Positions 36,875 to 52,123 are shown, numbered from the whole stretch's first letter. The stretch is DNA of 62,161 nt, filler included, from Rhabdomonas costata (GCA_019059605.1; 24 parts of 24 records of this genome joined end to end with filler, not necessarily neighbours in it), one strand, 5' to 3'. Numbers and translations: made by a program. Notes: a model not told the origin generated them from the sequence alone.

Positions 36875-37969
36875 ATGAGGTCTCTGCGTGCGAGCCTGCC
36901 CGACCTCTCCACGCCTCCGCAGCCCTTGCGGCACGTGCTCATCCCCTGTGTCGAAGTGACCTTTACTGCCGCCCCTGTGAAAAAATACCTGAGCCGCCCA
37001 CTTCAGATGGTCCTTTTGTCTGACGGCAGCCCTGCCGTTCACTCGCGGAAGACTCGCGCGAAGATCCGCGGGGGATACGCCAAAGCGAGCTGGGCCGAGG
37101 GTCTGGAGCTGGGGATTCTTCAAACTGAAGGCCCGGAGGCGGTACTGCGGTTGGAGCTGCAGTCCTGGGGACTGTTCCAGAACACCACCCTTTCTTTCAT
37201 GGTTTGGACGAACATAATAACGTTCATTTCGATTCTCTCCCATCCCTGCTATTATTTAGTAGTCTTGACGGAGACCGATGCACCCTTGCTTTTTATGTTG
37301 CAGAGATAGTGGTACAGGATGGTGTGTTCAGTGTGCGTGATCCACTCGGGGTTTCTGGGTTGCTTGAGATTAGCATCCTTACTAGAAATGAGCCCCTGTC
37401 GGGCTAGGGGCACGTCAGCCCCCCCCCCTGCGTCCGCCCAACCGACAATGCTGGTATCAAACCCGTTCTGTCAGCCTTTGGAAACACCACTGACACTATT
37501 ACACTTCACACGTGTATAACGAAAATAGCTGCTGGCTTTTGGTCACCTTGCCAAATTTATTGAGCCCATCTCATGGGCTTGCCTTCACCTCCTAAATGAA
37601 TTCTATTGGTATCGCAAGAGAATAGCTTCCACCGACAAAAATACTAATAAGCACTTCCCAAACCCACTCGGCACTCGGCGAGATCCTGTGATTTCTGATC
37701 CAAGGGTTTCCCTCTCTGGCTGCTGCTTGTACAGTTAGCTATTTCCGCTATTTTCACAGTACATTTCCTTGGCGGAGATCAAGGCCAATGTTGCCGTGCA
37801 GCACAGCGTTGATTTTGGATTTGGCGTGCTCACCGCGCGCTTGCACGTCAAGCAACCGCTCAACCCTCTGCTAAGCCTCAGTGGTGATGTGAGCATACCA
37901 TGTAACCCCGAAGCTCTGATTCCGGTTTGGTCTGATACTTCAGATGCCTTCCTCGTTTGCCCTGTGTAG
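36875..37969 (+). CDS. C2-like domain protein, apparently complete; exons 36875-37201, 37760-37969 (178 aa)
   Basis: KT...ASWAEGLEL...VLRLELQSWGLFQNTTLSFM|YISLAEI...GVLTARLHV fits a C2 beta-sandwich pattern; phase-0 GT-AG intron. Confidence 0.62.
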
Positions 37970-38441
37970 CTTTCCCTGCTCTCAGTCACGTCTTCTCACG
38001 TCTTCGATTTTCTGCTTTTCTGAGCAGCTTTTCAGGTTTCACCTGTCGTCGGTTTATTTGCGCACCTTTAGAACTCTCGCTTTTAACACAATATATTCTG
38101 CATCCACGGTAACAGGATATAGGAATGTGGGAATTCCGATTGTTCGGTACCACACAAGAGACCATCGTGCACTGACAGGTTCCGTTCCCTTTCTGGCAAG
38201 AGCTGCAATAGCAAACTTTATCCTTTCAACGTAGTGCCTTATATGCACACGTTGGTACTAATGTTTGTTGTTTCAAGTGCCTTGAACGCTTCGGTGAAGA
38301 TCCATATAAATCTTTGGTGGGTTTGCTGGAAACAGCAACACACCCACAATAGGGATGAAAAGGAAGAGATGCAGGCCACTCCTCGGTTTTTCACTTCAAC
38401 CATTTTTTTTTTTTCGTAAATAGGCCCTTTTTGTCACCGAC

Positions 38442-38625
38442 CTCGCGGCGCTGCTTGGCGACGTTCATTGCAGTCTTGAAGATCAGGCGGTTGGCCGCGC
38501 TGGCGTGGGCCTGGCTCTCCTGAACGGCGGCGTAGATCTTATTGAAGATCGTCGGCACGGCCAGCAGGATCGTGGGCCTCACCATACGCATCTCCTCCAT
38601 GATCTGCGGCACGCTGGACACAATT
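38442..38625 (-). CDS. Long-chain acyl-CoA synthetase internal exon (AMP-binding family)
   Basis: IVSSVPQIMEEMRMVRPTILLAVPTIFNKIYAAV...RLIFKTAM, bounded by CAG and GT. Confidence 0.82.
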
Positions 38626-40441
38626 CTGTGGGACCCCGCGGGGAAAAGCGGTCGATCAGCCGGATCACTGCTTAGGTTCTGGGCTTGCAGAGGTATTTTT
38701 GGCAAACTCTCAGTACAGAGTAGCCGACACATTTTAGCCTGCTACATAAAGACCCTACTTGTCGTTCGGCCACTGTTAAAACTATTCCCCATCGTTCACG
38801 TCAATACATCATGTCTCTGTAGNNNNNNNNNNNNNNNNNNNNNNNNNNNNNNNNNNNNNNNNNNNNTTAATTAATTAANNNNNNNNNNNNNNNNNNNNNN
38901 NNNNNNNNNNNNNNNNNNNNNNGTTTGTTGTGCAACTTTTGCAATACAAAGAAAACCAGCGCTTGTTCGAATGATTGATTATGTCCGTTTCCTGTGGAAA
39001 CGTTTGTTTTCTCCCAACAGGGGACGTTCACGAAGCACAGGAGGGAAAACGGGAAGGCAGAGGAGAGAACACAGACAGCGCGAGGATGTTCACGACCCGT
39101 ACTCAAACGTGAGTGGAAGGGGAGACGTCCACCGTTTAGGTTAGACGGGGTCTCTTGTGCAGCTGCGGGATATCCGGGGTCAGTGCAGCGCTGCCCACGG
39201 AGAAGCCAGTGAAGCAAGGGCAAAGGCTCAACACAGAGAGGCGGGAGGATGGGGACAAGCACAGCCAATCCAGCCAAAATGAATAGTGTGCTGCAACTAG
39301 ATCTAAAACATCAGTTAATATTAGAGAGATTTGGCGAGTTAATCCTCTCATTTCTGTCACTCGCAGTTTTCTAGCCGCCCGCGGGAGATTTCAGCGTTCC
39401 ACATGTGTCCAACTCCACAAGTGTCAAGCGCTCCGCCACCACCAAAGGACCCCCCCCCTGTTTTTTTTCCTCCTCAGCAGTTCGCCTGGGCACAAGGTTT
39501 CGCGCGTTCGGGCTGCAAACGCATGTCTTTGCTCCGATTTTTGTGAATACCCTGTCTATTTCATGCTCATTTGCCAGAAAGCAGTAGCATCTGTCGCCTT
39601 CTTTGCAGCTTTACACCCACCCAATTTTCCAACTATCCGTACTTTCCATCTTCATCTCATACGACGCTTTTTTGTCACCTCTTGCAACTTGTATTCTTTT
39701 CTTTCTTGTGCCTCACAGCTGGGAGGTAACCCCGCTGTTCGAAATTTTCCCTCTGTACTGAATCTGTTTCGACCAAACAGTCTAACTCAATCCTTTCTCA
39801 ATCATGGTTGTGCAGTGGATTGAAAGAGGAGGTGGAAGCGTTCAGCTTGAATGCTCTTCTGAGAATGGCCTGAGCAGGTGGCAGAGTGTTTCTGGACAAT
39901 CCCTTTTGTTTGGAAATCCCACCCAACTGCCCAAGCAGTAGCATGATATTGGCCTATGTCATCTGGGAATCTTCACCATTAGCATCACAGGTATCGGTGC
40001 GATTGGAAGGGTCGATGTATTGAGCGCAGGGTATGCAGATGTCCCCAGCAGAAGAAGCAGAAGCAAGATCCCATCCCTGTGAAACTCCATGTGTTCGTTC
40101 TTTTCGCTAATTTCATACGGGAGGAAGGTACAGAACTGCTCCAGAAATTGACAGGACCTCCAGGGTGACAATGACTCAGGCAAGTGTCAAAGCAGCAAAG
40201 TTTTCCGTGTGTCCAACTATTCTGTTGGGTGTATGTTTGTGGCGGGGGGGGGGGGTTAAGCGGATTGAGGTTGCATCCACAGCTGTAGTGGGCTGTAGCG
40301 GGATCCCTTACAGCCAGCGTTCTCCTGAATATCAAAGAGCTTTCCTTTTATTCTTGCTTACTGCAGGACATCCTTGGCTTCTCTTGTTCCGCGTGTCTTT
40401 TCCTGTTTTCTCCCTTTCTCTCTTTGCTTTCCCCTTTTCTG

Positions 40442-41416
40442 ATGGGTTGCGCGTGCTCATGTATGCGCGAGGACCTCACCACGGTGGTCAACATCAAGGC
40501 CTTTGTGGGCATTTGCCACCTCCCCTCTCAGAACCACGCCCAGCGCAAGCCTACCCCCGTCAAAGCACGCCTTAGCTTTCTCAAGGACTCGAGCAGCGAC
40601 TCTCAGCCGTTTACCAACCACGTCTTGTACAAAGTTGACCGTGACGGGGCCTTCTCCTCCTTCGAGATCAACGGGGTGCCTGAGGAGGTCCCGAAGAAGC
40701 TGCTGTGGGAAGTCATGTGCCCCGCGCTTCACTCCTTCTACAAGGCTCTGCATCGCAACGTGTGCTCTGGGGCGGTGAAGCACTCGATCAGCTTCCGGTG
40801 GTTGTGCGACACTCCCTCGCTCCGGACGGAGATGGTGATGGTTGTTGAGCGGATCCCCACCGGTGCGAAGTACTACTCCTGCACGCTGGATGCCTCCCCG
40901 CACGACGCCTCCTTCATGCCGCGAATGCACTTCACTGATGACCACACCCTGTCTCCGTGGACGCAGTGCTGTCAGTGCCTTTGCTTCCAGGATGGCAGCC
41001 GCTGGTTGACCCCGGAGGTGTTCTACCAGGCCCACCTGGAGGAGCTGCAGGCTGGGCAAGTCCCCGTATCGCATGTGATCTGCGAGGGATGCACCACGCA
41101 GTACGCCACGCAGAGCGAGCAGATGCGGGTTGTCCTTCGGGAGGCTGAAGTTCCGGTTCCCTCTCCTTCGGTGATGGAGGCCACGGTGAAGTGCCGTGCC
41201 CTTGTAGTGGACGACGACCTGATCTCGGCTCGGGTTGTGGCTGCGCTGCTGTCGACGCTGCACTGCTGTGTGGAGGTTGAGACGTCGTCGGTGGCGGCGA
41301 TGGCGATGCTGACGTCCAGTGGGATCCCTCCGTTTGACCTGGTTGTGGTGGACAACGTGATGCCCGAGGTGACCGGGACGCAGCTGATCCGTGCGTTACG
41401 TTGTCCACCACCACCC
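40442..41416 (+). CDS. Acylated sensor-response regulator: MGCACSC, PAS-like domain, Cys/His zinc-binding motif, receiver (REC) domain; 3'-partial
   Basis: Uninterrupted ORF. REC motifs ALVVDDD and FDLVVVDNVMPEVTG (phosphoacceptor Asp intact). Upstream LYKVDRDG..., FRWLCDTPSLRTEM, CCQC...W...SHVICEGC. Confidence 0.85.
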
Positions 41417-42946
41417 NNNNNNNNNNNNNNNNNNNNNNNNNNNNNNNNNNNNNNNNNNNNTTAATTAATTAANNNNNNNNNNNNNNNNNNNNNNNNNNNN
41501 NNNNNNNNNNNNNNNNTTGTGGGGGTACTTCAACCTATTTTTTTACTCATTCGCCCACTTTTTTGCTTTGGCTCATTTGCCGACTGGATGTTTTCAACTG
41601 GCACAGTAAAAGGGTTCAAATTAACAGGTTGCTGGTCGAACGATTCCTCCTTATTGGCTGTAGGAAAAGGCGACAAGGGCATGTCCCTAAGTAAGTTTTG
41701 AGCTCAAAATGGCGCAACTTACTTTGTTCTCCTTTGTTTACGAACCTTCCAAGATTCCCACTCAAAATTTTGGGAATCAAGGGCAGAATCCTGTAAAGCA
41801 CCTGCTCGCGCATGCAGTGGTGTTTCCCCATGACAGCAGCCATTATGCGATCCACATCATCGCAAAGACTTTTACGGGGAGCAAGTGATTCTGACGATCC
41901 CGAGCTGCGGAAGATTCGACTCCAACTCTCAGGCAGAGAAGGGCAGCCGTCGCATCGGGGGTTGGTAGCGAAGCAGAAATTTTGTTGGCGTACGCACACA
42001 CACATACACACACCATGTCCCCGAATATCTTCGTTATGTTTGAAGCAAAACCATCAGTTAAAAAATCGTTGTTGGCACACCAGGGTGCAGCCAGGCGGAC
42101 GGCGTTCCAGCTTGCGTTTTTTTTTCAAAACCTCTTGTAAAAAGCAACCCTGAAAGTTCATTGTGCAAGCCCACTCCGGTGTCAGGGTGATCTAGAGGAT
42201 CTATCCTCTCTATTCTTGGATATGCTAATGTGCTAAGCTGACCCGGCCGCAAGGTTAGTATGTTTGGTTCAGTATGCAGGCCTGTTGTGGTGAAGTCGAA
42301 AGGCCCTCAAAATGCCAAAAATGAGGAACCTTGAGTAACCTTTAAGGGGTTATGTCTCCACATCGAGGAGTTGGAGGCCCGGAAGCGGCCATCCAACCCA
42401 TCTCAGGAGTGCCACCATTCCTCTAAATATGAGCCCAAACCCGTCACTGTTCTGAGGTTTGGTGTCTGGTCCCGGAGTGTTCGTGGGGTATGTTGCCCAG
42501 CGAACTGGGTGGGTTTGGGGGGGAAAAAAGGGTCCCCCCATGTCCGGTGAGGCTCCCGACGATTGGCGAGGGTCCGGAGGTCGGCTGAAGGGGTTCGATG
42601 TACCTGCAACGACTCCCAGCGTAGCTTTAAGAGAGAAAGAAGTGTGTTTGAAGACAACTGAAATATCTTACTCGGTTTTAAAATGAAGCAGTGTTGTTCA
42701 TTCAATTTCTCTTATTTATTCAAGGTGGTTTTTGTACTATTCTCTTGCTCACGCGGGGGTGGCCAAATCCCCCCCCCTCCAGCACGCGCTCCCTGGCAAT
42801 GTGTTTCACTTCCTGACGCGGCGAGCTCAGTGTCCCGCGCACACACACACCACCCTCTCTGCCTCACCCCTTCTGTACGCCAAAAACCCTTTGCCGTCGT
42901 GTCAGCGGTTTTACGTGGGGCCATCCCTTTTTGAGCGGGAGAAAAA

Positions 42947-43581
42947 ATGATGCAGCCCCACCCTGTGCTGCATTACGCCGCCTTCTTCTACGCGGCGTAC
43001 TACGGAGACGCGGCCCAGGTGCGGACCTCTCTGGCCTCAGTGCTGCCCAATGGGGCTAGCCCCGTGCTGTGGCGCAACCCGCTGTGCGAGGGCCACCACG
43101 CGCTGTTCGTGGTGTGCGAGCGGGGAATGGCGGAGGTTCTGGTGGAGTTCTTGGAGACCCCTGGGGCGGTCCACGACCTCAGCTTAAATGCGCCGGTCTG
43201 TGGGGATCGTTGGAGAGGGGGAGAGAGAGAGCCGCTGATGTCCGTCGAAAGTTTGAGAGGCGTTGGAATTTGTGGAATTCGTATATGTGGGTTTGGTACC
43301 ATCTGTTCTTTGCCTTTGCCTTTGCCTCTTGTGTGCACTTGGAAAAGCAGGAATCGTGAAAACGAGTTTTAAGTCTTCAGTTTTTCTTGAGGAAAGACCT
43401 GACATGAACTTTGGATAGGTGTGAACGAAAACTGAATGAACCTTTGGAAAATCTCGGCATTGAAAGTAATTGCCTGGCATGTGCTGTACTCTCTGCAGGA
43501 GCCTGACGGGCGCACCCCCCTCTTCGCTGCGTGCCAAATGGGCCAGGTGGAAGTTACAAGGCTCCTTCTGGCAGATCCCAG
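42947..43581 (+). CDS. Ankyrin-repeat protein, 3'-partial; exons 42947-43195, 43499-43581
   Basis: GHHALFVVCERGMAEVL; DGRTPLFAACQMGQVEVTRLLL. The second donor appears to be GC (AG|GCAATG). Confidence 0.85.
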
Positions 43582-44176
43582 GCAATGCCGCGCATCCCCC
43601 GTCTCACTCTTTTTCACCACCCTCCCCCTCCATGTTGCGTTTGAGCGATTGGTGTTGATGTGGTAGCAACCAAGCAGCAGTGGCAAATCGCACACGCCGT
43701 CAGCTCATCTTTACCAGCTCACCTTTGCCAGCTCATATTTACCCCAACACTGAACTTAGGTGTGTTGCACTGGAATTCCTGCAGACGGCGTTGGTGGGCC
43801 TTTGCCAGAGACGACCACACTCTCACTAGTGCCATGGGCAAGATAAAGGAGAGACGTTCATATCCATTTCATATTCTCCTGACAAAGTTCAAAAAAAAAC
43901 CGCCATCGAAAACATCTGCGCTTCGGCTTGAGCGTTTGCGCAGCCAGCAGCAAGCAGCCTGAAGCACCAAACTCACGTTATAACCATGTCAGCTTAGCTT
44001 GTAGCTTATGNNNNNNNNNNNNNNNNNNNNNNNNNNNNNNNNNNNNNNNNNNNNTTAATTAATTAANNNNNNNNNNNNNNNNNNNNNNNNNNNNNNNNNN
44101 NNNNNNNNNNGTTTGTGGGTTACCCCCTCACGTTACCCCAAGGTGCGGGCGGGAGCAATGACGGCCTGCAGCGCAC

Positions 44177-45180
44177 CTGAAGGGCCCGGGCCCTCATGCT
44201 CAAGGTGCAGACCCGGACATGGGCAAAGTGTGGACACACGAGCTTCAGGAAGGGCTTCGCGTGCGGCCGTAGCACAGGCGTATCCGCAGCATCCCGGCTG
44301 GCAAAAAAAAGACATACGAAGCCGTTGCAAGTCATTTGTTCGTTACCGGCAAAACCTACGCACTTCCACTCAAGAAGGCAGAAAAGGGTAACGTCAAGGA
44401 TGATGAAACCAGGACAAGACGAATGTGGCGATTGTGTGTATTTTGCGCAAAAATGACGCTTCGTATGCAGTGAACCTGGAAGGTGATGGGTTGATTGAAT
44501 TGGCATGAGACGTGTATGAAAAAAAACAAAGGAGCATAACAATTTTAAATCCACTTCCAAAACTCGACGTTAGAGAGTCTTTGCAGGTTTAAAGAAGCTG
44601 TGCTTTCAAAAGAGAGGTACGTATTTTGAATGGTAAATTACACTGTTTGTAGGTGGATAGATGTCAAGAATAGTGAACATTAGGTAATGTTTATGTGTCA
44701 CGTTTTATGATATGTAAATTCGTTTCATAGCAGAAGCACCAGTAGCACCACCATCTTCGCCAATACCATCGCTGTCCTTTCCTTTTCGACACACCTTATC
44801 GACCTTGTGATGGGCGTTCCTTTGGGACCATGCAAAACTTTCAATTCTTTTGGGTTCCATTTGACTCAAATTCACTGCGTTTGGCTGCATGTCACCCCGC
44901 TTCAAGCACATTTTATAAATTTATAAATTTGGGTTCCAAAACCAGCAAAAACCCTGACGAAAGGAGTAATGCGGGGGTGGGCAGCAGCGGTACCCCAGCA
45001 GGTGCGGAGGGTTGGGGTTGACGTACTCCAGCCCGTTGTGGTGCTGCCGGGCGGAAGGGGAGCGCGCTCGAGTGCCGTTGAAGAACAGGGTCTCGTCCAA
45101 GTCAAACACGATGTTGTACTGAGGCAGAGAAGGGCTCCGCGGGCTGGCCGACGGGTCGGCGACCCACCCCAGGTGAACTC
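44177..45180 (-). CDS. FCP1/SCP (NIF-family) HAD phosphatase, partial; exons 45180-45027, 44297-44177
   Basis: NIVFDLDETL (DxDxT) then VLRPHAKPFL...VRVCTLS; phase-2 GT-AG junction. Coding-like blocks at ~45740-46010 and ~46170-46490 may be upstream exons. Confidence 0.8.
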
Positions 45181-47051
45181 CTTGGGATGCAAACACCACC
45201 AGCCTTCACACCAAACCGTTCACAGGTCTTATTTACAGTGTTCTAGAAACGCTTGAAGACAGTCCTGCACAAACCTGCTGTCTGAACAGCAGACCTCTTC
45301 ATCGTTTCTGTCTCCCCACTGATGTTATTCTCTGGAAAGTCGTCTCTGACAGTCGTTGTCTTCAACAACGACTTTCGGAGTCTCCTGGTTTTTCTGCACA
45401 ACCTTGACGGTTCTCCTGTTGAACTTTAAACACTTCTTTGTTGGAGGAAACTCACATGCACGATACACGAGTCCACTAAAATTCATATGGCATTTCGGCA
45501 TATTAGATACCCATTATATACCCGAAGTCCCAAGACAAGCAAACAACAACGATGCGAGAAATAACGCCCCACACGTTGCCAACTGTGTGCAACACGCATT
45601 AGAACGGGTGGGATCGAACACCAGCCAGCTGGCAATTTCTCCCTCCTCCCTCCTCCTGCATTCTGTCTCCCACCAAGATGCAGGGGAACCTTTGGGGAGT
45701 GGGGAGAGAGAGGGAACCCAGAGGCAGGGACAGCATACTCAGGTCTGTTTGTGAGGCTCTTCCGAGCCAAACAAAACCCAGACCAGTGATGGCAGCCACG
45801 CAGTATAGAGGGATCTTGGTGCCACCACGGAACAGCCGGTTGCCCACTTCATTCACCGGGGTGACCACTGGTACCGCAACGGTTAAGTCAAACCTTGTAA
45901 GGGTGAAAAGGGCACAGCAACTTGAAGTTAACCTGTCAAACTTCTCAGGAACATAAACCAAGGTATCTTTTAACGATTGCAGCAAGGGTTGCACAAAGGG
46001 TTCCACGTTTTTTGACCCTTTTCAAAACAAAGCACCATGTGCATCTTAATAGAAGGAGAGGAACCTCGAAATCTGACAAAATCTCATGAACTACTTGCTT
46101 CGTTCATGTTTGCTGTGAACTGTCCCATTGTTCACGACAAACAGTGATAGCACAGGCACACTTTGGTAGCGGACCCGCGCTCACACAGCTGAAGTGGACC
46201 GTGGCCTGCAGCTGAGGAAGCACTGGCTGCTGTGCCAGAACGTCACCTCGGCCTACCCCTGAAGGGTTCAGACTGCCAGCCGCGGCAGCAGATCCACTCA
46301 GAACGGTCCAGATAGCCTCCCCAGACGGGTCCCCGGCTGCCACGAACTCAATCCTCGCCACCTGCTGGTACAGAAGTACCACCACAATGCGCTTCACTTT
46401 CGAGGCGATTGGGCCCTCCGAAACGGAGGGCTCGATGCAGTACAAGCGCAAACAGATTTTCAGCAATGAGCCAACGTTTACCGCAGGCAAGGCGGCGGGC
46501 TTCCCTTCCTCGACCGTGCAAGGGCCAATCCCATGCAAAGACAAAGAGGCGCACAAAAGCGCACAAGGCAGGATAAGACACGTACTGCAGGAAAAACACC
46601 ACCNNNNNNNNNNNNNNNNNNNNNNNNNNNNNNNNNNNNNNNNNNNNTTAATTAATTAANNNNNNNNNNNNNNNNNNNNNNNNNNNNNNNNNNNNNNNNN
46701 NNNTTTTGGTGGGAGGGGGATGATTTCTTTCAGAGCTTTCTTTGTGAGGTGTTTTCACTCGCCTCGATTTCCTTCTTCCCTTTGCTCTGTGGGCATACCT
46801 TTCACCCACCCCACCGCCCATTTTTCTCTTCCGCCCCGGTACGAAGGTCTCTGCCGGTTGCTGCTGTTGGGGAGGCCGGAACTTGACGGCCTTTCCAAGC
46901 CCCTCAGTGTGACTCCTCTTGCTCTGGGCGAGAGGAGCGGATAGGGAATTGCGCACTGCGCTCCGGAGACGGTTTGTTGGAAGGACCTGCTGCCCCGGCT
47001 GCCAGCCCTTTTTTGGTGGCAGAACGGAGTGTGATCAATAGATAGGTAGAG

Positions 47052-49004
<1,953 letters not shown>

Positions 49005-52000
49005 GTGCGCTCCTACAATTTTCTCCCTTTCAGCCTCCACCTGCTATGCTGAGCGCGGAAAACCGCCGAACCAACTGATTCAGTGAACTGCTCAGATACA
49101 ACAAAGCGCCCATGTTCGGCTCTTCATTGGGTGCCGGGATTCAGCACACAACCCTTCAGCAAATGGGACCCCCGAGGGCGAGCATCCAACACCACCNNNN
49201 NNNNNNNNNNNNNNNNNNNNNNNNNNNNNNNNNNNNNNNNTTAATTAATTAANNNNNNNNNNNNNNNNNNNNNNNNNNNNNNNNNNNNNNNNNNNNATCT
49301 GGAGGCTTTTCAGAAGGTTGTCCGCCGGCATCCCTTCTTGGTGGAACTGAACTCCAGGTCTGTTATGCCCTGAACTCTATTACCCCCCGAAATTGCTCCA
49401 TGTGTGTGGGGTCCTTGAATTCCTTGAGCTTCTTTAATGTACGTCGTGTGCATATATTTTTGACCGCGTACCCTATGGTGAGGACCAGTTGAATCGAATT
49501 ATGAATGTCAGCATGGGAACGCCCCGACACCGCAGCCGTGCGTGAAGTTGTCATCGTCACGGACGCGGTATTGCCTTCCATGCGAGTTTCCGCTTCGAAG
49601 CATGGCTCATGATGATTATTAGAATTACGATCTCTCCCTGGTCATATCGCAAGGTAGTTGCAGTTCATGGATTTTTCTTCTCTGCGTCGGCAGCAGTGGC
49701 GGTGGATCGTACTCCTTTCAAAAAGTTGCTTCCGTCCCTACGGCAGGTCTCTTTGTGCGCAGATTTTTTTCAGTCCGTGTGTTTTTGAAGTGACTAGGAA
49801 TGGTGGGTGGTGCTTTCAGGTTAGTTACGGAGGGCCCGGCTAACTTCCTGACGGGACGCTCCAGGACGTAAAACTTCCCCTTGTTGTGGTAAAAAGTGAC
49901 CTCTGCCCTTCTCTTTCTGCGCGGGTGGGATGATGACGTGCTCGGGGGATGCCCCCCCCTATTTTCCGCGTTGTCATTGCGTTGGCTTTTAGGTTCATCT
50001 TTTTTGTGGCTTTTCTGAAAACGTTTTGCAGGAGCTTCATCCTGCTCTGTTGTAAGCCTTGACATGATGTCTGAGGGTTTGTTTGTGCGGAATGTTTCGG
50101 TAATTGTGATTTAGTCCTCTCCAAGGGGTTGTTCTTGTTGTGCTTTGTTTGCTTCTATGCTTTGCTTTTGTGCTGCCTCCGTGCTGTATTGGAAATTTTC
50201 TCTTCACGTTGTCCAGTTCTCACCCCTTCCCTCCTTCCCTTCCTTGCTTGGACTGTGAGTTCCCCCTCTCGCATTCCAGGACCGGACCCGTTCCCCGAGG
50301 CCAAGCCTCAACAGCCTATGTGACTTGTTTCGTTCTTCTTTTTCGCAGAAATATTTGCAATTGGTTAGGACTCAACGGCGATGGTTTGGGAGATGGCAGA
50401 TGCACTGCTTGAACGACACAAGTCAACCTGCAACGGTAGTGCCTTCTCTGCCCTCGGTTACTCGAGCCCACAACCACAGTGGTCATTTGGCGGTACGCTG
50501 CGATCCCATCTGCGGTGAAACAGAGTCAAGTAAAAATGGAACTGTGGGGACAAGGTCGGGTCGTACGTCTTTGGCTTGCCCTGGGTTCCCTTCCAACCGA
50601 ATGTACTTGGGCTGATCCACACCCTGGGAATTCGGACTTATCCCGTGTGCCCCGGCCGTTTTCTGTGTTTTGTGACGCCCCGCTGGGTGTGATGTGTTTC
50701 AAAGGGTGATTTTCTTTTTTTCGAGATTACTTAGAGATGACGTCATTTCAAATCAAAGGGTCAGCGTTTGAGATTGCCGAGGTGAGAGCTTGTGTGCTTT
50801 GCCTGAGCTTCGTGACGAATGTGCCCCTGAGTTGTTTCCCTGTGTTTTTCCTGTAGCTTTCCGTTTTTTGTGGCCTCAAGTTGCATATGCTCTTGCTTCG
50901 AACAAATAAAAGGCAAGGGGGGCTTCATCGATCTCGCCAAGGGATCCCCTTGGGGTGTGGGCCAGTGTCCTGTAGAGGGAGGGGCTCCTCCTGTGGCACG
51001 GCTTTGCTTTTGGGATGAACCCGCTGCGGCCAAATACGTGCGGTTCCGGCTAACGGTGCTCTTGGAAGACCTCCTCTTTTAGAGTGGGCCTTGCCGCAGA
51101 TGAAGCTTCAACTTTGTCTCTCTCCTGATCTTATCACTTTGTCCGGTCACTGTGAATAACTTTTGAGGATCTGGACCAAGTGAATGGCGGAATGAATGGA
51201 CTTGGGAAACGAGGAAAGTTGTGTTTGAGCAATTTTGTGCAGCAGAAGTCTTTCACTGGTCAAAGAGGTCGCATAGCTTGGATCCAGAATGGGGACAGGA
51301 CCTTCCCTGCTCGTCAATTGTTGCAGAAGCTGGAAGTGACGCATTACATGATATGGTGCCGGGCAGCGTTGCCAAATTCGACCTATTTGTTTTACGTGAC
51401 TGAATGGTGAAATTGTGTCCGTAACACATTCCCATGTCAACTCGGTCATTTTTAGGGTTTTGAATATGCTATATATGCTATCCTCTCTCGATGTTGACAC
51501 GAACGGCAGGACACATGTGGACCGTTGGTTGGAAGTGGCGAGATCAGGGCGATTTGCAGCCTCACCATTATTTCGTTGTTCCTGCTCTTTCGTCTCAGTG
51601 AAGCGCGCGCACGAGGCGGAGAAAAAAGAATAAAAGGGAACGTCATCAGCGAAAGAATAAACAAAATCCACACATGGCAGCAATGTAACGTGCGACCTGC
51701 GTGGTTGCTGTCCCCAGTTTACGCACAAGAACGGCACAAATCGCAGAGGTCACCCCACACAACAGCCTAACAGTGTCCCACCACAACANNNNNNNNNNNN
51801 NNNNNNNNNNNNNNNNNNNNNNNNNNNNNNNNTTAATTAATTAANNNNNNNNNNNNNNNNNNNNNNNNNNNNNNNNNNNNNNNNNNNNGTGGTGGGTGTG
51901 GGTGTTTTTTGTTGGCCTGTGCGGCGCCCTTGTCATGTACTTGTCACTTGGAACGGAAAGTGATGCCCGAGTGCAGCGGTATCCCACTCCCTGACAGGGG

Positions 52001-52123
52001 GGATCGGCAAAGTGTTAAGCCTTCACTGCGGTCGAAGCTGATGACAACACTTTTTAAGGGGACGGACGGTATTGCTCGGTTTTTGGGAGTAAGGAGGAGG
52101 TAGTTGTGTGTGTGTGTCCCTAG

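Noticed and set aside
37303-37407. Candidate alternative last exon for the C2-like gene (IVVQDGVFSV...)
   Set aside because: The CAG acceptor is out of phase with the 37201 donor; the 37760 exon fits both the phase and the domain.
40457-41414. Long antisense ORFs over the receiver gene (and similar ones over other GC-rich exons)
   Set aside because: Shadow ORFs caused by GC3-rich codon usage on the sense strand.
49297-51788. ORFs such as 51147-51737 (-) and 49718-50065 (-)
   Set aside because: No recognisable domain or coding bias; probably intronic or decayed repeat DNA.
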